Source: an uncultured Gemmatimonadaceae bacterium
GTDB lineage: Bacteria; Gemmatimonadota; Gemmatimonadetes; Gemmatimonadales; GWC2-71-9
NCBI GenBank assembly: GCA_964465315.1
Contig: CAYXIK010000008.1
Location: 21,735-85,734, forward strand
Reading direction: 5' to 3'
Length of the DNA stretch: 64,000 bases
The translations under genes and the position numbers were made by a program. This document shows, piece after piece, positions 17,549 to 28,519 of the stretch (the stretch's first letter is position 1; each line of letters begins with the position of its first letter). The notes below the pieces were generated by a model. The model did no database searches. It was not told the origin of the DNA and saw nothing but the letters and a program-made list of their open reading frames with translations.

Positions 17549-18061
17549 GTGAAACCGTGGGTGACGCCGGCGGATCTGCTTACCGCCCTTCGCCTTCCGC
17601 TCGCGGTAGCGTTTCCATTCGTGCATCGGCCCGCGTGGCAGCTGGCGCTGGTGGGCGCGGTCGCGGCGTCGGATTTCTTCGACGGCATGCTCGCGCGTCG
17701 CTTCGGCGGCTCGCGCACGGGCGCGGTGCTCGATCCGATCGCCGACAAGTTCTTCATGGCGGTGGCGTTTCTGACGGTCGCTCGCAGCGGATTGCTGTAC
17801 CCGCTCGAGATCGCTGGGGTACTGGCCCGGGACATCGTCGCGGCCCTGGGGTACGTGGGAGCGTGGTTGTGGCGCGGGCCCATGGCGTTGCCCGCGCGCG
17901 CCGGCGGCAAGGCCGTGACCGTCCTCCAGTTGCTCACGCTGGTGGCCTGCATCGTGAACTCGCCGCACGTGCGCCCGCTGGCCTGGGCCACCACGGCGGT
18001 GGGTCTCTACGCCATCTGGGACTATGGCCGCGCCGCAGCTCGGGCGAGCGCGCGACGTTGA
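17549..18061 (+). CDS. CDP-alcohol phosphatidyltransferase family protein
   Basis: DFFDGMLARR...GAVLDPIADK signature. Confidence 0.88.
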   Translation: MKPWVTPADLLTALRLPLAVAFPFVHRPAWQLALVGAVAASDFFDGMLARRFGGSRTGAVLDPIADKFFMAVAFLTVARSGLLYPLEIAGVLARDIVAALGYVGAWLWRGPMALPARAGGKAVTVLQLLTLVACIVNSPHVRPLAWATTAVGLYAIWDYGRAAARASARR

Positions 18062-18081
18062 CACCGGAAGGAGGGCACGAC

Positions 18082-18609
18082 ATGCGTAGGGCATGGCTCG
18101 TCGTGCTCCTGCTCGCGGGCGGGACGCCGCTGCTCGGCGCGCAGGAGTTCCATCCGCCGCCCGTGCAACGGTCCGGCGACCACGGGACGAGGTTCGGCCT
18201 GTTCGGCTTTGGCGTACGCGGCGGCGTGGACGCGTCGGGGCGCAAACAGATGGTGTTCGGCGTCACGCTCGACGCCGGCCACCTGTTCGGCTCGCGTTTC
18301 CGCATCCGGCCATCCGGCGAGATCGGCGTGTTCAATGGCGTCAACAGCTACATCGGCAGCATGGAAGCCCTGTATCGCTTCACGCCCGACGATCAGACGG
18401 CGACGCCGTACGCCGGCGGGGGGTTCAGCATCGTGGGGCACGACGCCTGCGGCGCCGACCCCGATTGTCCGGACCTCTGGGTCAACCTCGTCGTGGGCGT
18501 GGAGCTCCACTATCGCTCGACGTTCAACTGGCTGATCGAGTATCACGCGATGGATCACTTCAACCACAGTCGATTCTACGTGGGGTTAACCACGCGGCGG
18601 GGCAACTGA
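18082..18609 (+). CDS. Small outer-membrane beta-barrel protein
   Basis: AAGGAGG RBS, signal peptide, amphipathic strands, PYAGGG. Confidence 0.65.
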   Translation: MRRAWLVVLLLAGGTPLLGAQEFHPPPVQRSGDHGTRFGLFGFGVRGGVDASGRKQMVFGVTLDAGHLFGSRFRIRPSGEIGVFNGVNSYIGSMEALYRFTPDDQTATPYAGGGFSIVGHDACGADPDCPDLWVNLVVGVELHYRSTFNWLIEYHAMDHFNHSRFYVGLTTRRGN

Positions 18610-18610
18610 G

Positions 18611-19021
18611 ATGGCGAGCCGGATCGCCGAGGTCACGATGCGCTGGCGCGAGCGCCTCGTGTTCGAAGCTGGTGCCCCGGGCCGACCGCTCGTGCTCGTG
18701 GACGGAGACGGCACGGTCGCGACGTCCCCCGTCGAGATGCTGCTGGTGGCCGCGGCGACCTGCACGGCGTCGGACGTCGTGCTGATCCTCGAGAAGCAGC
18801 GGGTCGCCTTGCGTTCGCTCGAGGCAAAGGTGCAGGGCACTCGTCGTGAAGAGCAGCCTCGGCGCTACACCGCTCTCCACTTCGTCTTCACCATTGCGGG
18901 AGACGGGGCCGACGAGGTGAAGGCACGCCGCGCGATCGACCTGTCGCTCGAGAAGTACTGCTCCGTGGTGGCGTCGCTCGCCCCCGACATCCGTATCAGC
19001 TACGACGTCCAGCTTCGCTAA
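18611..19021 (+). CDS. OsmC/YhfA-family protein
   Basis: SPVEMLLVAAATCTASDV, RRAIDLSLEKYCSV. Confidence 0.9.
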   Translation: MASRIAEVTMRWRERLVFEAGAPGRPLVLVDGDGTVATSPVEMLLVAAATCTASDVVLILEKQRVALRSLEAKVQGTRREEQPRRYTALHFVFTIAGDGADEVKARRAIDLSLEKYCSVVASLAPDIRISYDVQLR

Positions 19022-19070
19022 GGCGCTCCGCACCGCCACCGGCCTCGCCATCTGCGCCACCGCGCCCGGG

Positions 19071-19496
19071 GTGGGAAGCGCGCAGGCCCCCCCCCGTCTG
19101 CAGGGCCCGGAACTCGCCGCGGCCGCCACAGTTGTTCTCGCGCGGCGTACGTTCTGGGGTCCGGAGCTGGGCGTGGCCTGGCGAGCTGGGGGCCAGGGGC
19201 GCCTCGCCGTGACGGCCGCCGGCGGGAGCTACGAACAGGCCCTGGGCCTTCGCTGCGAGGCGACCGCGCAATTTCTGCTCCGGCCCGGCGAGCGCAGCGG
19301 CGCCGGGCCGTACGCCGGTCTAGGTCTCGCCTTCGTCGGGTCGGAAAGCGCGCGCGGAGCGAGCTATCTGACGGCGCTGCTCGGCCTCGAGTCCGCTCCG
19401 GCGGCCCGCGCCGGCTGGTATGCGGAGCTCGGGTTGGGTGGTGGTGTCCGCTTGGCGTTCGGCCGCCGGTTCCGGCGCTTTCCGCCGGGGGGTTAG
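19071..19496 (+). CDS. Probable beta-barrel hypothetical protein (start uncertain)
   Basis: GPYAGLGLAF, WYAELGLGGGVRLAFG; in-frame signal-like stretch upstream of the GTG. Confidence 0.5.
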   Translation: MGSAQAPPRLQGPELAAAATVVLARRTFWGPELGVAWRAGGQGRLAVTAAGGSYEQALGLRCEATAQFLLRPGERSGAGPYAGLGLAFVGSESARGASYLTALLGLESAPAARAGWYAELGLGGGVRLAFGRRFRRFPPGG

Positions 19497-19557
19497 GGAA
19501 GAAAGGGGCGCCCGTCGCTGAGCCCCTCGACTTCCCCCGACCAGCCGCAGCGGACCG

Positions 19558-19827
19558 TCAGGCCGGGGCGCCCACCGTCGCGTTGCGCCCCACCACCGGT
19601 CGGCAGTAGCGCTCGCCCAGGACTCGGAGCTCCGCGAGCTGGCGCTCATCAAGGCCGTCGTAGCGATCGGCCAGGTAGAGCATCGTGTCGTCAAACCATT
19701 CCTTCTGGTGCTCGGGTCCGGCTTCCAGGACGCCGCAACGCAGAATATGAGAGAACAGCTCGTCGCGGGCCTGCTCGAACAGGGTGGGGGTGGACATTTT
19801 GCGGGGTTCCGAACGCTTCTTGGCCAT
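19558..19827 (-). CDS. Hypothetical protein (about 89 aa)
   Basis: GGAG RBS; globular-looking sequence PTLFEQARDELFSHILRCGV...WFDDTMLYLADRY. Confidence 0.7.
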   Translation of the reverse strand: MAKKRSEPRKMSTPTLFEQARDELFSHILRCGVLEAGPEHQKEWFDDTMLYLADRYDGLDERQLAELRVLGERYCRPVVGRNATVGAPA

Positions 19828-19999
19828 GCGTGGCGTGCTCCTGTCGTCTCTGGGACCGGGGGCGTGGGCGCGAGGCGGCGCGGTCGCCCGGCCGCCGATG
19901 AATCGGCGCCGCAATGTAATAAGCCGCTTTGGGCCGCGCAAAGGGCCGACCACGCAAATCGTGGCGATATTATCATGAACGGGGCAGTGGGGTGCCGTC

Positions 20000-20020
20000 G
20001 GGAGCGGGGAGCGGGAAGCG
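20000..20020 (+). repeat. Heptamer tandem repeat (GGGAGCG)x3, intergenic
   Basis: GGGAGCG GGGAGCG GGAAGCG. Confidence 0.6.
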
Positions 20021-20046
20021 GGACCACGCGTCAGGAAGGTGGGCGT

Positions 20047-20364
20047 ATGGGCGACACGTCAGACGAAGTGTACGGTCCGGAGCGCGCAAAGCGTCTGCTG
20101 GCGCTGCTGCGCGGTCTGGCGGAGCGGATTCAGTCGCTGGACGGAAGCGGGCAACTGCTCGAGCGGGTGCCGGAGCTGCAAAAGCTGCTCGGGAACGCGC
20201 GCAGCGAGCTGTTCCACTATGAAGTGCGACTCACGTACGATACTCCGGAAATCGCGGAGAGCCGGCGCCTCGTCGAGGAGGCGGAGCAGCGGGCGTTGGA
20301 CGCGACGGCCGGTTTCGAGGACGAGGAGGACGACGAACCGTGGCGGAGGGCTCGGGACGAATGA
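20047..20364 (+). CDS. Acidic helical hypothetical protein
   Basis: GGAAGG RBS; ATGA overlap with the dsbA-like gene. Confidence 0.65.
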   Translation: MGDTSDEVYGPERAKRLLALLRGLAERIQSLDGSGQLLERVPELQKLLGNARSELFHYEVRLTYDTPEIAESRRLVEEAEQRALDATAGFEDEEDDEPWRRARDE

Positions 20365-21014
20365 ACCGGTTCTATCTGCTGCTCGTGGCGGTGGCGCTCA
20401 TCGGTGGCGGCATGCTCTGGTACGGATCCCGGCAAGAGGCTGCACCGGCTCCGAACGCGCCGGTTCCGGTCGCGGCCGCGGACGGGTTCCAGGGCTTCAC
20501 CCTGGGCTCGGACTCCGCGAAGGTGGAGGTGACGGAGTACTCCGACTTCGAGTGCCCGTTCTGCGCGTCGTTCGCCACGGTCCAGATGCCGGTGATCCGC
20601 CAGCAGCTGATTGCCACCGGCAAGGTGCGCTGGCGGTATCGCGACTTCCCGTTGCCCACCCACCAGTACTCTCGGTACGCCGCGCTCGCGGCCCAGTGCG
20701 CGGGTGAGCAAGGGAAGTTCTGGGAGATGCACGACCAGCTCTTCGCCAATCACCAGTGGGCCCAAACCGGGAAGAACCCCTCGGCGCTGTTCCGTGATTT
20801 CGCGAAGACCATCGGCCTAGAGGTCGACAAGTACGACGCCTGCATGGACGGCCAGCGATACGCCGGGCGAATTCAGGCGAGCGTGGAGGAGGGGGAGAAA
20901 CAGGGCGTGCGGGGCACGCCCAGCTTTTTCGTGAGCGGCCACCCCTTTCGGGGACGCGCCACCTCCGACGACTTCAAGGCCCTGGTCGACAGTCTGACAA
21001 CAAAGCACAAGTGA
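20361..21014 (+). CDS. DsbA-family thiol-disulfide oxidoreductase
   Basis: N-terminal TM; EYSDFECPFC; RDFPL; cis-Pro GTPSF. Confidence 0.9.
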   Translation: MNRFYLLLVAVALIGGGMLWYGSRQEAAPAPNAPVPVAAADGFQGFTLGSDSAKVEVTEYSDFECPFCASFATVQMPVIRQQLIATGKVRWRYRDFPLPTHQYSRYAALAAQCAGEQGKFWEMHDQLFANHQWAQTGKNPSALFRDFAKTIGLEVDKYDACMDGQRYAGRIQASVEEGEKQGVRGTPSFFVSGHPFRGRATSDDFKALVDSLTTKHK

Positions 21015-21451
21015 TCCGGCGCCAGGCGATCGCGCTCCTCGCGCTCGTGGGGCTTTTGGTCGCCACCTACCTCTGGCTCTACAAGATCGGCGTGCTCGAC
21101 GAGCTCCAGTGCGGCACCGGGAGCTGCGAGTACGTCCAGACCAGCCCGTACGCGGAGATATTCGGCGTCCCCGTCGCGTTCATCGGCGTCGTCGGGTACG
21201 TGGCCCTCTTCCTGGTCGGCCTGGCGGGCGTGCAACCGCGGTTCGCTGCTGACCGGCGCGTAACCGTCCTGATCGCGGTACTCGCCACGATTGGGTTCGC
21301 CTTCACGCTGTATCTCACGGCGATCGAGCTGTTCGTGCTCCACGCGATCTGCCGCTGGTGCATGGGGTCTGCGGTCATCATGACGGCCATCTGGAGTCTC
21401 GCGCTGGCCGGACTGGTCCGCCCGCCGTCGCCCGCCGCGCCCACCCGCTAG
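21011..21451 (+). CDS. Vitamin K epoxide reductase (VKOR) family protein
   Basis: C-x4-C loop (CGTGSC), SPYAEIFGVPVA, active-site CRWC. Confidence 0.92.
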   Translation: MIRRQAIALLALVGLLVATYLWLYKIGVLDELQCGTGSCEYVQTSPYAEIFGVPVAFIGVVGYVALFLVGLAGVQPRFAADRRVTVLIAVLATIGFAFTLYLTAIELFVLHAICRWCMGSAVIMTAIWSLALAGLVRPPSPAAPTR

Positions 21452-21462
21452 GTTTCACGCCG

Positions 21463-23382
21463 ATGACGCCACCCGTGGACGTCCCCGCGAACCGACGCGG
21501 CCGGTATCAACTGACGCTCGCGCTGGCGGCTCTCGGCGTGGTCTACGGCGACATCGGCACGAGCCCGCTGTACGCAATCCGCGAGTCCTTTTACGGCACC
21601 CATGCCATTCCCGTCAGCCCGGCGAACGTGCTCGGCGTCCTCTCGCTGGTGCTTTGGTCCCTGCTGATCGTCGTGACGATCAAGTACCACGTCGTGATCA
21701 TCAGGGCGGACAACAAGGGCGAAGGGGGCGTGCTCGCGCTGATGGCGCTCGTGAACGGCAGCCGTCTGGCGCGGGGGCTCTCGCCGCGACGCGTCATGAT
21801 CGTGCTCGGCATCTTCGGATCGGCTCTCCTGTACGCAGATGGCGCCCTCACACCGGCGATATCCGTGCTGAGCGCCGTGGAGGGGCTCGAGATCGCGACG
21901 CCCGCGCTGGCGTCGTGGGTCATCCCCGTGACGCTCGTGATCCTGATCGGTTTGTTCCTGTTGCAGAGTCGCGGCACCGCCAGGATCGGGGCCATGTTCG
22001 GCCCGGTGATGCTCGTCTGGTTCGCCGCCATAGGGGTGCTCGGACTGAGCGAGATCCTCCGGCAGCCGGGCGTGCTGGCTGCCGTTTCGCCGTTCTACGC
22101 CGTGCGCTTTTTCGCTGAGAACGCGGGGCGGGGCTTTGTGGTGCTGGGCGCCGTTTTCCTCGTCGTCACGGGCGGCGAGGCGCTGTACGCGGATCTGGGT
22201 CACTTCGGGCATCGCGCGATCCAGATTGCCTGGTTCAGCACCGCGTTCCCGTGCCTCCTGCTCAACTATTTCGGGCAGGGCGCACTCATGTTGCGCGACC
22301 CCACGGCCGCGGAGAACCCCTTCTATCATCTCGCGCCGAGCTGGGCGTTGTACCCCCTGATCGCGCTGGCGACCCTGGCGACCATCATCGCGTCGCAGGC
22401 GGTGATCTCGGGAGCGTTCTCCCTCACCCGCCAGGCGGTGCAGCTCGGCTACAGCCCGCGGCTCCAGATAGAGCACACGTCGTCGCGCGAGATCGGCCAG
22501 ATCTACGTTCCCCTGGTCAACTGGGGACTCATGCTGCTCACCTGCGTGCTGGTGCTCGGGTTCCACTTGGTCAACACCGAGCAGCCCACGTCCAGCAACA
22601 TCGCTGGCGCGTACGGCGTGGCTCTCTCGACCCTGATGCTCATTACGACGTTGATGTTCTACGTGATGAGTCGCGAGGTGTGGGGCTGGAGCTTCCTGCG
22701 GGCCGGGAGCGTGGCCGGCCTGTTCTTGTGGGTGGACATCCTGTTCTTCGCCGCGAACATGCTCAAGATTCGTTACGGTGGTTGGGTCCCCCTGGTGATC
22801 GCGGGAGCCATCTTCCTGCTCATGACGACCTGGAAGAACGGCCGCGAGATTCTCGGCAAGCGCATGCAAGAGAAGACGGTCGCGCTCAAGATGCTGCTCG
22901 CCGATCTCGCCGCCGAGCCGCCGCTCCGCGTCCCGGGGACGGCGGTGTTCATGTACGGTACCACCGACGGCACGCCTCCGGCGCTGGTGCACAACCTCGC
23001 GCACAACAAGGTGCTGCATGAGCGGATCGTGTTCCTGACCATGGTGACCGAGGACGTGCCCCACGTCTCGCCCCCAGAGCGCGTGAAGGTAAAGCCGCTC
23101 GGGAAGGGGTTCTACAGCGTGATCGCCCGCTACGGGTTCATGGACGACCCGAACATCGAGGACGTCCTGGCGGCGTGCCAGGTGAAGTCTCTCGATATCC
23201 CGATCACGGGAACGACGTTCTTCCTGGGTCGTGAGACGCTCGTCGCCTCGGAGCGGCCCGGCATGGCCCGGTGGCGCGAGCAACTGTTCGCATTCATGTC
23301 GCGCAACGCCCTGCGGGCTACAGCCTTCTTCAAGATCCCGGCGGACCAGGTGTTCGAGGTCGGGGCGCAGGTGGAGCTCTAA
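21463..23382 (+). CDS. kup: KUP/HAK/KT potassium transporter
   Basis: GVVYGDIGTSPLY, ADNKGEGG, GGEALYADLGHFG, FEVGAQVEL. Confidence 0.95.
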   Translation: MTPPVDVPANRRGRYQLTLALAALGVVYGDIGTSPLYAIRESFYGTHAIPVSPANVLGVLSLVLWSLLIVVTIKYHVVIIRADNKGEGGVLALMALVNGSRLARGLSPRRVMIVLGIFGSALLYADGALTPAISVLSAVEGLEIATPALASWVIPVTLVILIGLFLLQSRGTARIGAMFGPVMLVWFAAIGVLGLSEILRQPGVLAAVSPFYAVRFFAENAGRGFVVLGAVFLVVTGGEALYADLGHFGHRAIQIAWFSTAFPCLLLNYFGQGALMLRDPTAAENPFYHLAPSWALYPLIALATLATIIASQAVISGAFSLTRQAVQLGYSPRLQIEHTSSREIGQIYVPLVNWGLMLLTCVLVLGFHLVNTEQPTSSNIAGAYGVALSTLMLITTLMFYVMSREVWGWSFLRAGSVAGLFLWVDILFFAANMLKIRYGGWVPLVIAGAIFLLMTTWKNGREILGKRMQEKTVALKMLLADLAAEPPLRVPGTAVFMYGTTDGTPPALVHNLAHNKVLHERIVFLTMVTEDVPHVSPPERVKVKPLGKGFYSVIARYGFMDDPNIEDVLAACQVKSLDIPITGTTFFLGRETLVASERPGMARWREQLFAFMSRNALRATAFFKIPADQVFEVGAQVEL

Positions 23383-23481
23383 AGGAGGTTGCGGAGGTTG
23401 AGGAGGTTGGGGGAGGCGGTGTCGCTGACGCCTCAATCTCCCCCGTCCTCCACCAATCTCCCCCAACCTCCCCAACCTGCC
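23383..23481. repeat. Inverted element of 9-mer tandem units (NGGAGGTTG)x3 ... (CAAYCTCCC)n between convergent kup and acs
   Basis: AGGTTGGGGGAG (23404-15) is the perfect reverse complement of CTCCCCCAACCT (23458-69); GAGGCG/CGCCTC inner stem. Confidence 0.75.
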
Positions 23482-23484
23482 GTC

Positions 23485-25431
<1,947 letters not shown>

Positions 25432-25462
25432 GGCTGTTGATTGCGCGGCTGAAGGAGAGGGT

Positions 25463-25493
25463 AAGGTACGCCCCGCTCAAGGGGCGGGGTCAA
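25463..25493 (-). promoter_or_regulatory. Putative acs promoter TTGACC-N19-TACCTT with an internal dyad
   Basis: CCCCGC-N7-GCGGGG dyad starting inside the -35 element. Confidence 0.35.
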
Positions 25494-25661
25494 GGCGGTC
25501 CTTGCAAACTGCGCCCCGACCGTTCGCTCTGCGGTAGCGCCATGCGTGTGGGACCGTACACAACTTTGACAACCGGTTGACCGCCCGCAGGTTAGCTGCA
25601 TGGCACCGGAGTCGCGTAGCCCCCACGCGGCGAACTTCAGGAGCCGACTGTGGAGGAGATG

Positions 25662-25979
25662 ATGACCATGTCCACGCGTCCGAGCGAGAGGATCTTGGCC
25701 GCACCCGAGGAGCTGGGGCTCGATTCCCGTACGGCGTTCCGCCGTGCGGCCACCGAGCTGCTTGAGCAGCTCTCGGAGGGTGCCGGACGCCTGGTGATCG
25801 ACCTGTCGGGCACGCGCCAGATCGACAGCGCGGGGCTCGGAGCGCTGATGCTGATCCAGCGGAAGGCGGCCGAGCGCCGGCTGACCGTGTGCCTGCGCGG
25901 GGCCAACGAGGAGCTGCGCTTCCTGCTGGTATTGACCAAGCTCGACGACCTGTTCGAGTTGGAGACGGGCGCCAGCTGA
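25662..25979 (+). CDS. STAS-domain anti-sigma factor antagonist
   Basis: GGAGG RBS; LVIDLSGTRQIDSAGLGAL with the phosphorylatable Ser. Confidence 0.9.
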   Translation: MTMSTRPSERILAAPEELGLDSRTAFRRAATELLEQLSEGAGRLVIDLSGTRQIDSAGLGALMLIQRKAAERRLTVCLRGANEELRFLLVLTKLDDLFELETGAS

Positions 25980-26024
25980 ACCGCCGGTAGACGGGATGGG
26001 AGACCGCCATATATTGGCCCACCA

Positions 26025-26399
26025 ATGGCGTCCTCCCCTTCCGGCTCGCGGCGCAAGGTGCTGTTCGTCGAGGACGAATCGACGCTGCGGCGCACCTACA
26101 AGCGATTCTTTGCCGGGCGGTACGACGTGGCCTTCGCGGCGAGCGGCAGCGAGGCCCGTAGGCAAATTGATCACTTCTCCCCCGAAGTCCTCGTCCTCGA
26201 TCTCCGGCTGCCCGACACCGACGGGATCACGCTCCTGCAGGAGATCCGGCAGTCACAGCCGTCTCTCCCGGTGATCGTCACGACGTCATACGTCAGCATG
26301 GAGCCGCTGATCAACGTGCTCGACCTCGGGCACTCGGGGTACCTCGTCAAGCCGTTCGACCTGGAAGATCTCGCCGCACGCATCGATGCTCTGGGCTGA
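26025..26399 (+). CDS. Single-domain response regulator
   Basis: VLFVEDE, LVLDLRLPDTDG, VTTS, VKPF. Confidence 0.9.
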   Translation: MASSPSGSRRKVLFVEDESTLRRTYKRFFAGRYDVAFAASGSEARRQIDHFSPEVLVLDLRLPDTDGITLLQEIRQSQPSLPVIVTTSYVSMEPLINVLDLGHSGYLVKPFDLEDLAARIDALG

Positions 26400-27078
26400 A
26401 GGCCTGCGACACGCCTTCAACGAGGGGCGGATCGTCGCGCTGGACGACGTGTCGTTCAGGCTCACGGCGGGGCAAACGCTCGCCATCTTCGGACCGAACG
26501 GCGCGGGCAAGACGACGCTGCTCAAGGTGCTCGCAGGTCTGATCCGACCGCAGGCGGGGTCGGCCCACGTCGCCGGCGGACGGGGCGCGATCGGCTGGAT
26601 CGGGCACCAGTCGCACCTGTACGGTCACCTGAGCGTGCGCGAGAACCTCCTCTTCTGGGCCTCGCTCTACGATGTGCCGCGGGCGCAACGCGGCTCTCGG
26701 GCCACGGATGTGATGGCGCGCCTCGGAATGATGGATCGCGCCGAGCAGCCGGTGTGGTCGCTCTCCCGCGGTCTCGTCCAACGCGCCGCTATCGCCAAAG
26801 CCCTGATCCACGATCCGCAGGTGTTCCTCCTCGATGAGCCGTTCACCGGCCTGGACCTCGCCGCGGCTGCGGAGCTGCGGGCCCTGCTGGGCGCACTCCG
26901 GGGCGCGGGCCGCGTGCTCGTGCTGGCCACCCACAACGTGGATGAAGGCGCGGAGCTCGCGACCGACGTGGCGTTCCAGCTGCGCGGGCGGTTGGTGCAA
27001 TACGCCCCGCGGGGCGGGCGCCGGTCCGCGGAGATCGCCGACGCGTACCGTCGCGCCGTAGCGGGTGCCCATGCGTGA
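26386..27078 (+). CDS. ccmA: Heme exporter ATP-binding subunit
   Basis: GPNGAGKTT, LSRGLVQR, LLDEPFTGLD; followed by ccmB and ccmC. Confidence 0.85.
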   Translation: MLWAEGLRHAFNEGRIVALDDVSFRLTAGQTLAIFGPNGAGKTTLLKVLAGLIRPQAGSAHVAGGRGAIGWIGHQSHLYGHLSVRENLLFWASLYDVPRAQRGSRATDVMARLGMMDRAEQPVWSLSRGLVQRAAIAKALIHDPQVFLLDEPFTGLDLAAAAELRALLGALRGAGRVLVLATHNVDEGAELATDVAFQLRGRLVQYAPRGGRRSAEIADAYRRAVAGAHA

Positions 27079-27751
27079 GCTGTTACGTCAGGCCTGGACG
27101 ATTGCGCTCAAGGACCTGACGCTCGAATTCCGCTCGCGCACGGCGATCGTGTCGGCGGTCGTGTTCACGGCGCTCGTGCTCACCGTATTCAACTTCGGGC
27201 GCGATCCCACGGCTGTGTCGACCATTGATCTGGCGCCGAGCATTCTGTGGGTGACGTTCACGTTCGCCGCGATGCTCGCGCTCAACCGGGCGTTTCAGCT
27301 CGAGCTCGAGAACCAGGCGCTCGAAGGGTTGCTCATCTCGCCGCTCGATCGCCGGAGCCTGTATTGGGGGAAGCTCCTCGCCAATCTGGCGTTCGTGGCC
27401 GTGGTCGAGGCAGTCGGGTTGCCGTTGTTCGTGCTGTTCTTCAACGTTTCGGTGGGACACGTCCTCGTCCCACTCCTGACGGTGATGGCGCTCGCGACGC
27501 TGGGATTCGTCGCGGTGGGGACGCTGTTCAGCGCGATGGTGGTGCGGACGCGATTCGCGGAGCTCATGCTCCCGGTGTTGCTGCTGCCGTTCCTGCTGCT
27601 CCCGCTGACCTACGCCGTTCAGGCGACCGCACGCCTGCTCGCCGATCGTCCCTTGAACGAGGTGGCGGGCTGGCTTAGGTTGCTCGCCGCGTACGACATC
27701 GTGTTTCTCGCGGTGGCCTCCTGGCTTTTTCCGTACACGGTGGACGAATGA
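27071..27751 (+). CDS. ccmB: Heme exporter permease
   Basis: ALKDLTLEFRSR, LAPSILWV, ELMLPVLLLP. Confidence 0.9.
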   Translation: MRELLRQAWTIALKDLTLEFRSRTAIVSAVVFTALVLTVFNFGRDPTAVSTIDLAPSILWVTFTFAAMLALNRAFQLELENQALEGLLISPLDRRSLYWGKLLANLAFVAVVEAVGLPLFVLFFNVSVGHVLVPLLTVMALATLGFVAVGTLFSAMVVRTRFAELMLPVLLLPFLLLPLTYAVQATARLLADRPLNEVAGWLRLLAAYDIVFLAVASWLFPYTVDE

Positions 27752-28413
27752 CGATCGCACAGAAGGGTCGTTGGCTCGTGGCCACTGGGCTGGTCTTGCT
27801 TGGCGGCGTATACGTGCGGGCGCTCGCGTTCACGCCGGTGGAGCGGTTCCAAGGACCGGCACAGAAAATCTTCTACGTGCACGTTCCCGCCGCCGTCACC
27901 ACGGAGCTGGCGGTGATCCTGCTCGGGATCGCGGGCGTCTTTTATCTGTTCCTTAAGGATCCGCGGCTCGACCGGTTCGCGGAAGCGTCGGCGGAGGTCG
28001 GCACCGTGTTCGCAGGGATCGTCCTCACGACCGGTCCGATCTGGGGGAAGCCGATTTGGGGCACGTGGTGGACCTGGGACGCCAGGCTCACGAGCACGTT
28101 GTTCCTGTTCTTTCTGCTCGTCGGCTATCAGGTGCTGCGCGGGGCGGTCACGGACGGGGGCCTGCGGGCGCGCTACTCGGCCGTCCTCGGAATTTGCGCG
28201 GTCATCCTGGTCGGGTTCGTCCATCTGAGCGTGTACCTCTTTCCCACGCTCCATCCGCAGCCGATCGTCCTGAAGCCGAGCAAGCCCTCCCTGCCGGGCG
28301 AGATGCTGCTCACGTTGGTGCTGTCGTTCGGAGTGTTCTTGCTTCTCTACGTCGGTTTCGTCATGCAGCGATACGCCATCGCAACACGGCGGGCGGAGGC
28401 CTTCCATGGGTGA
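27748..28413 (+). CDS. ccmC: Cytochrome c biogenesis protein CcmC
   Basis: IFYVHVP; WWD domain WGKPIWGTWWTWDARLT. Confidence 0.92.
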   Translation: MTIAQKGRWLVATGLVLLGGVYVRALAFTPVERFQGPAQKIFYVHVPAAVTTELAVILLGIAGVFYLFLKDPRLDRFAEASAEVGTVFAGIVLTTGPIWGKPIWGTWWTWDARLTSTLFLFFLLVGYQVLRGAVTDGGLRARYSAVLGICAVILVGFVHLSVYLFPTLHPQPIVLKPSKPSLPGEMLLTLVLSFGVFLLLYVGFVMQRYAIATRRAEAFHG

Positions 28414-28519
28414 CCAAGTCCCGCAAAACGCCGGCTACCTCATGGCGGCCTACATCCTGGTCCCGACGATCCTGATTGCGTACGCCGTGTCCTTGTACCG
28501 TCGCAGTAAGAGTCTCTAG
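28406..28519 (+). CDS. ccmD: CcmD-like small single-TM protein, 37 aa (not in ORF track)
   Basis: MGDQVPQNAGYLMAAYILVPTILIAYAVSLYRRSKSL; GGAGG RBS; overlaps the ccmC end; hydrophobic core then basic tail. Confidence 0.75.
   Translation: MGDQVPQNAGYLMAAYILVPTILIAYAVSLYRRSKSL

Noticed and set aside
23383-23481. Repeats as a CRISPR array
   Set aside because: Units are 9 nt, contiguous and have no spacers; no cas genes
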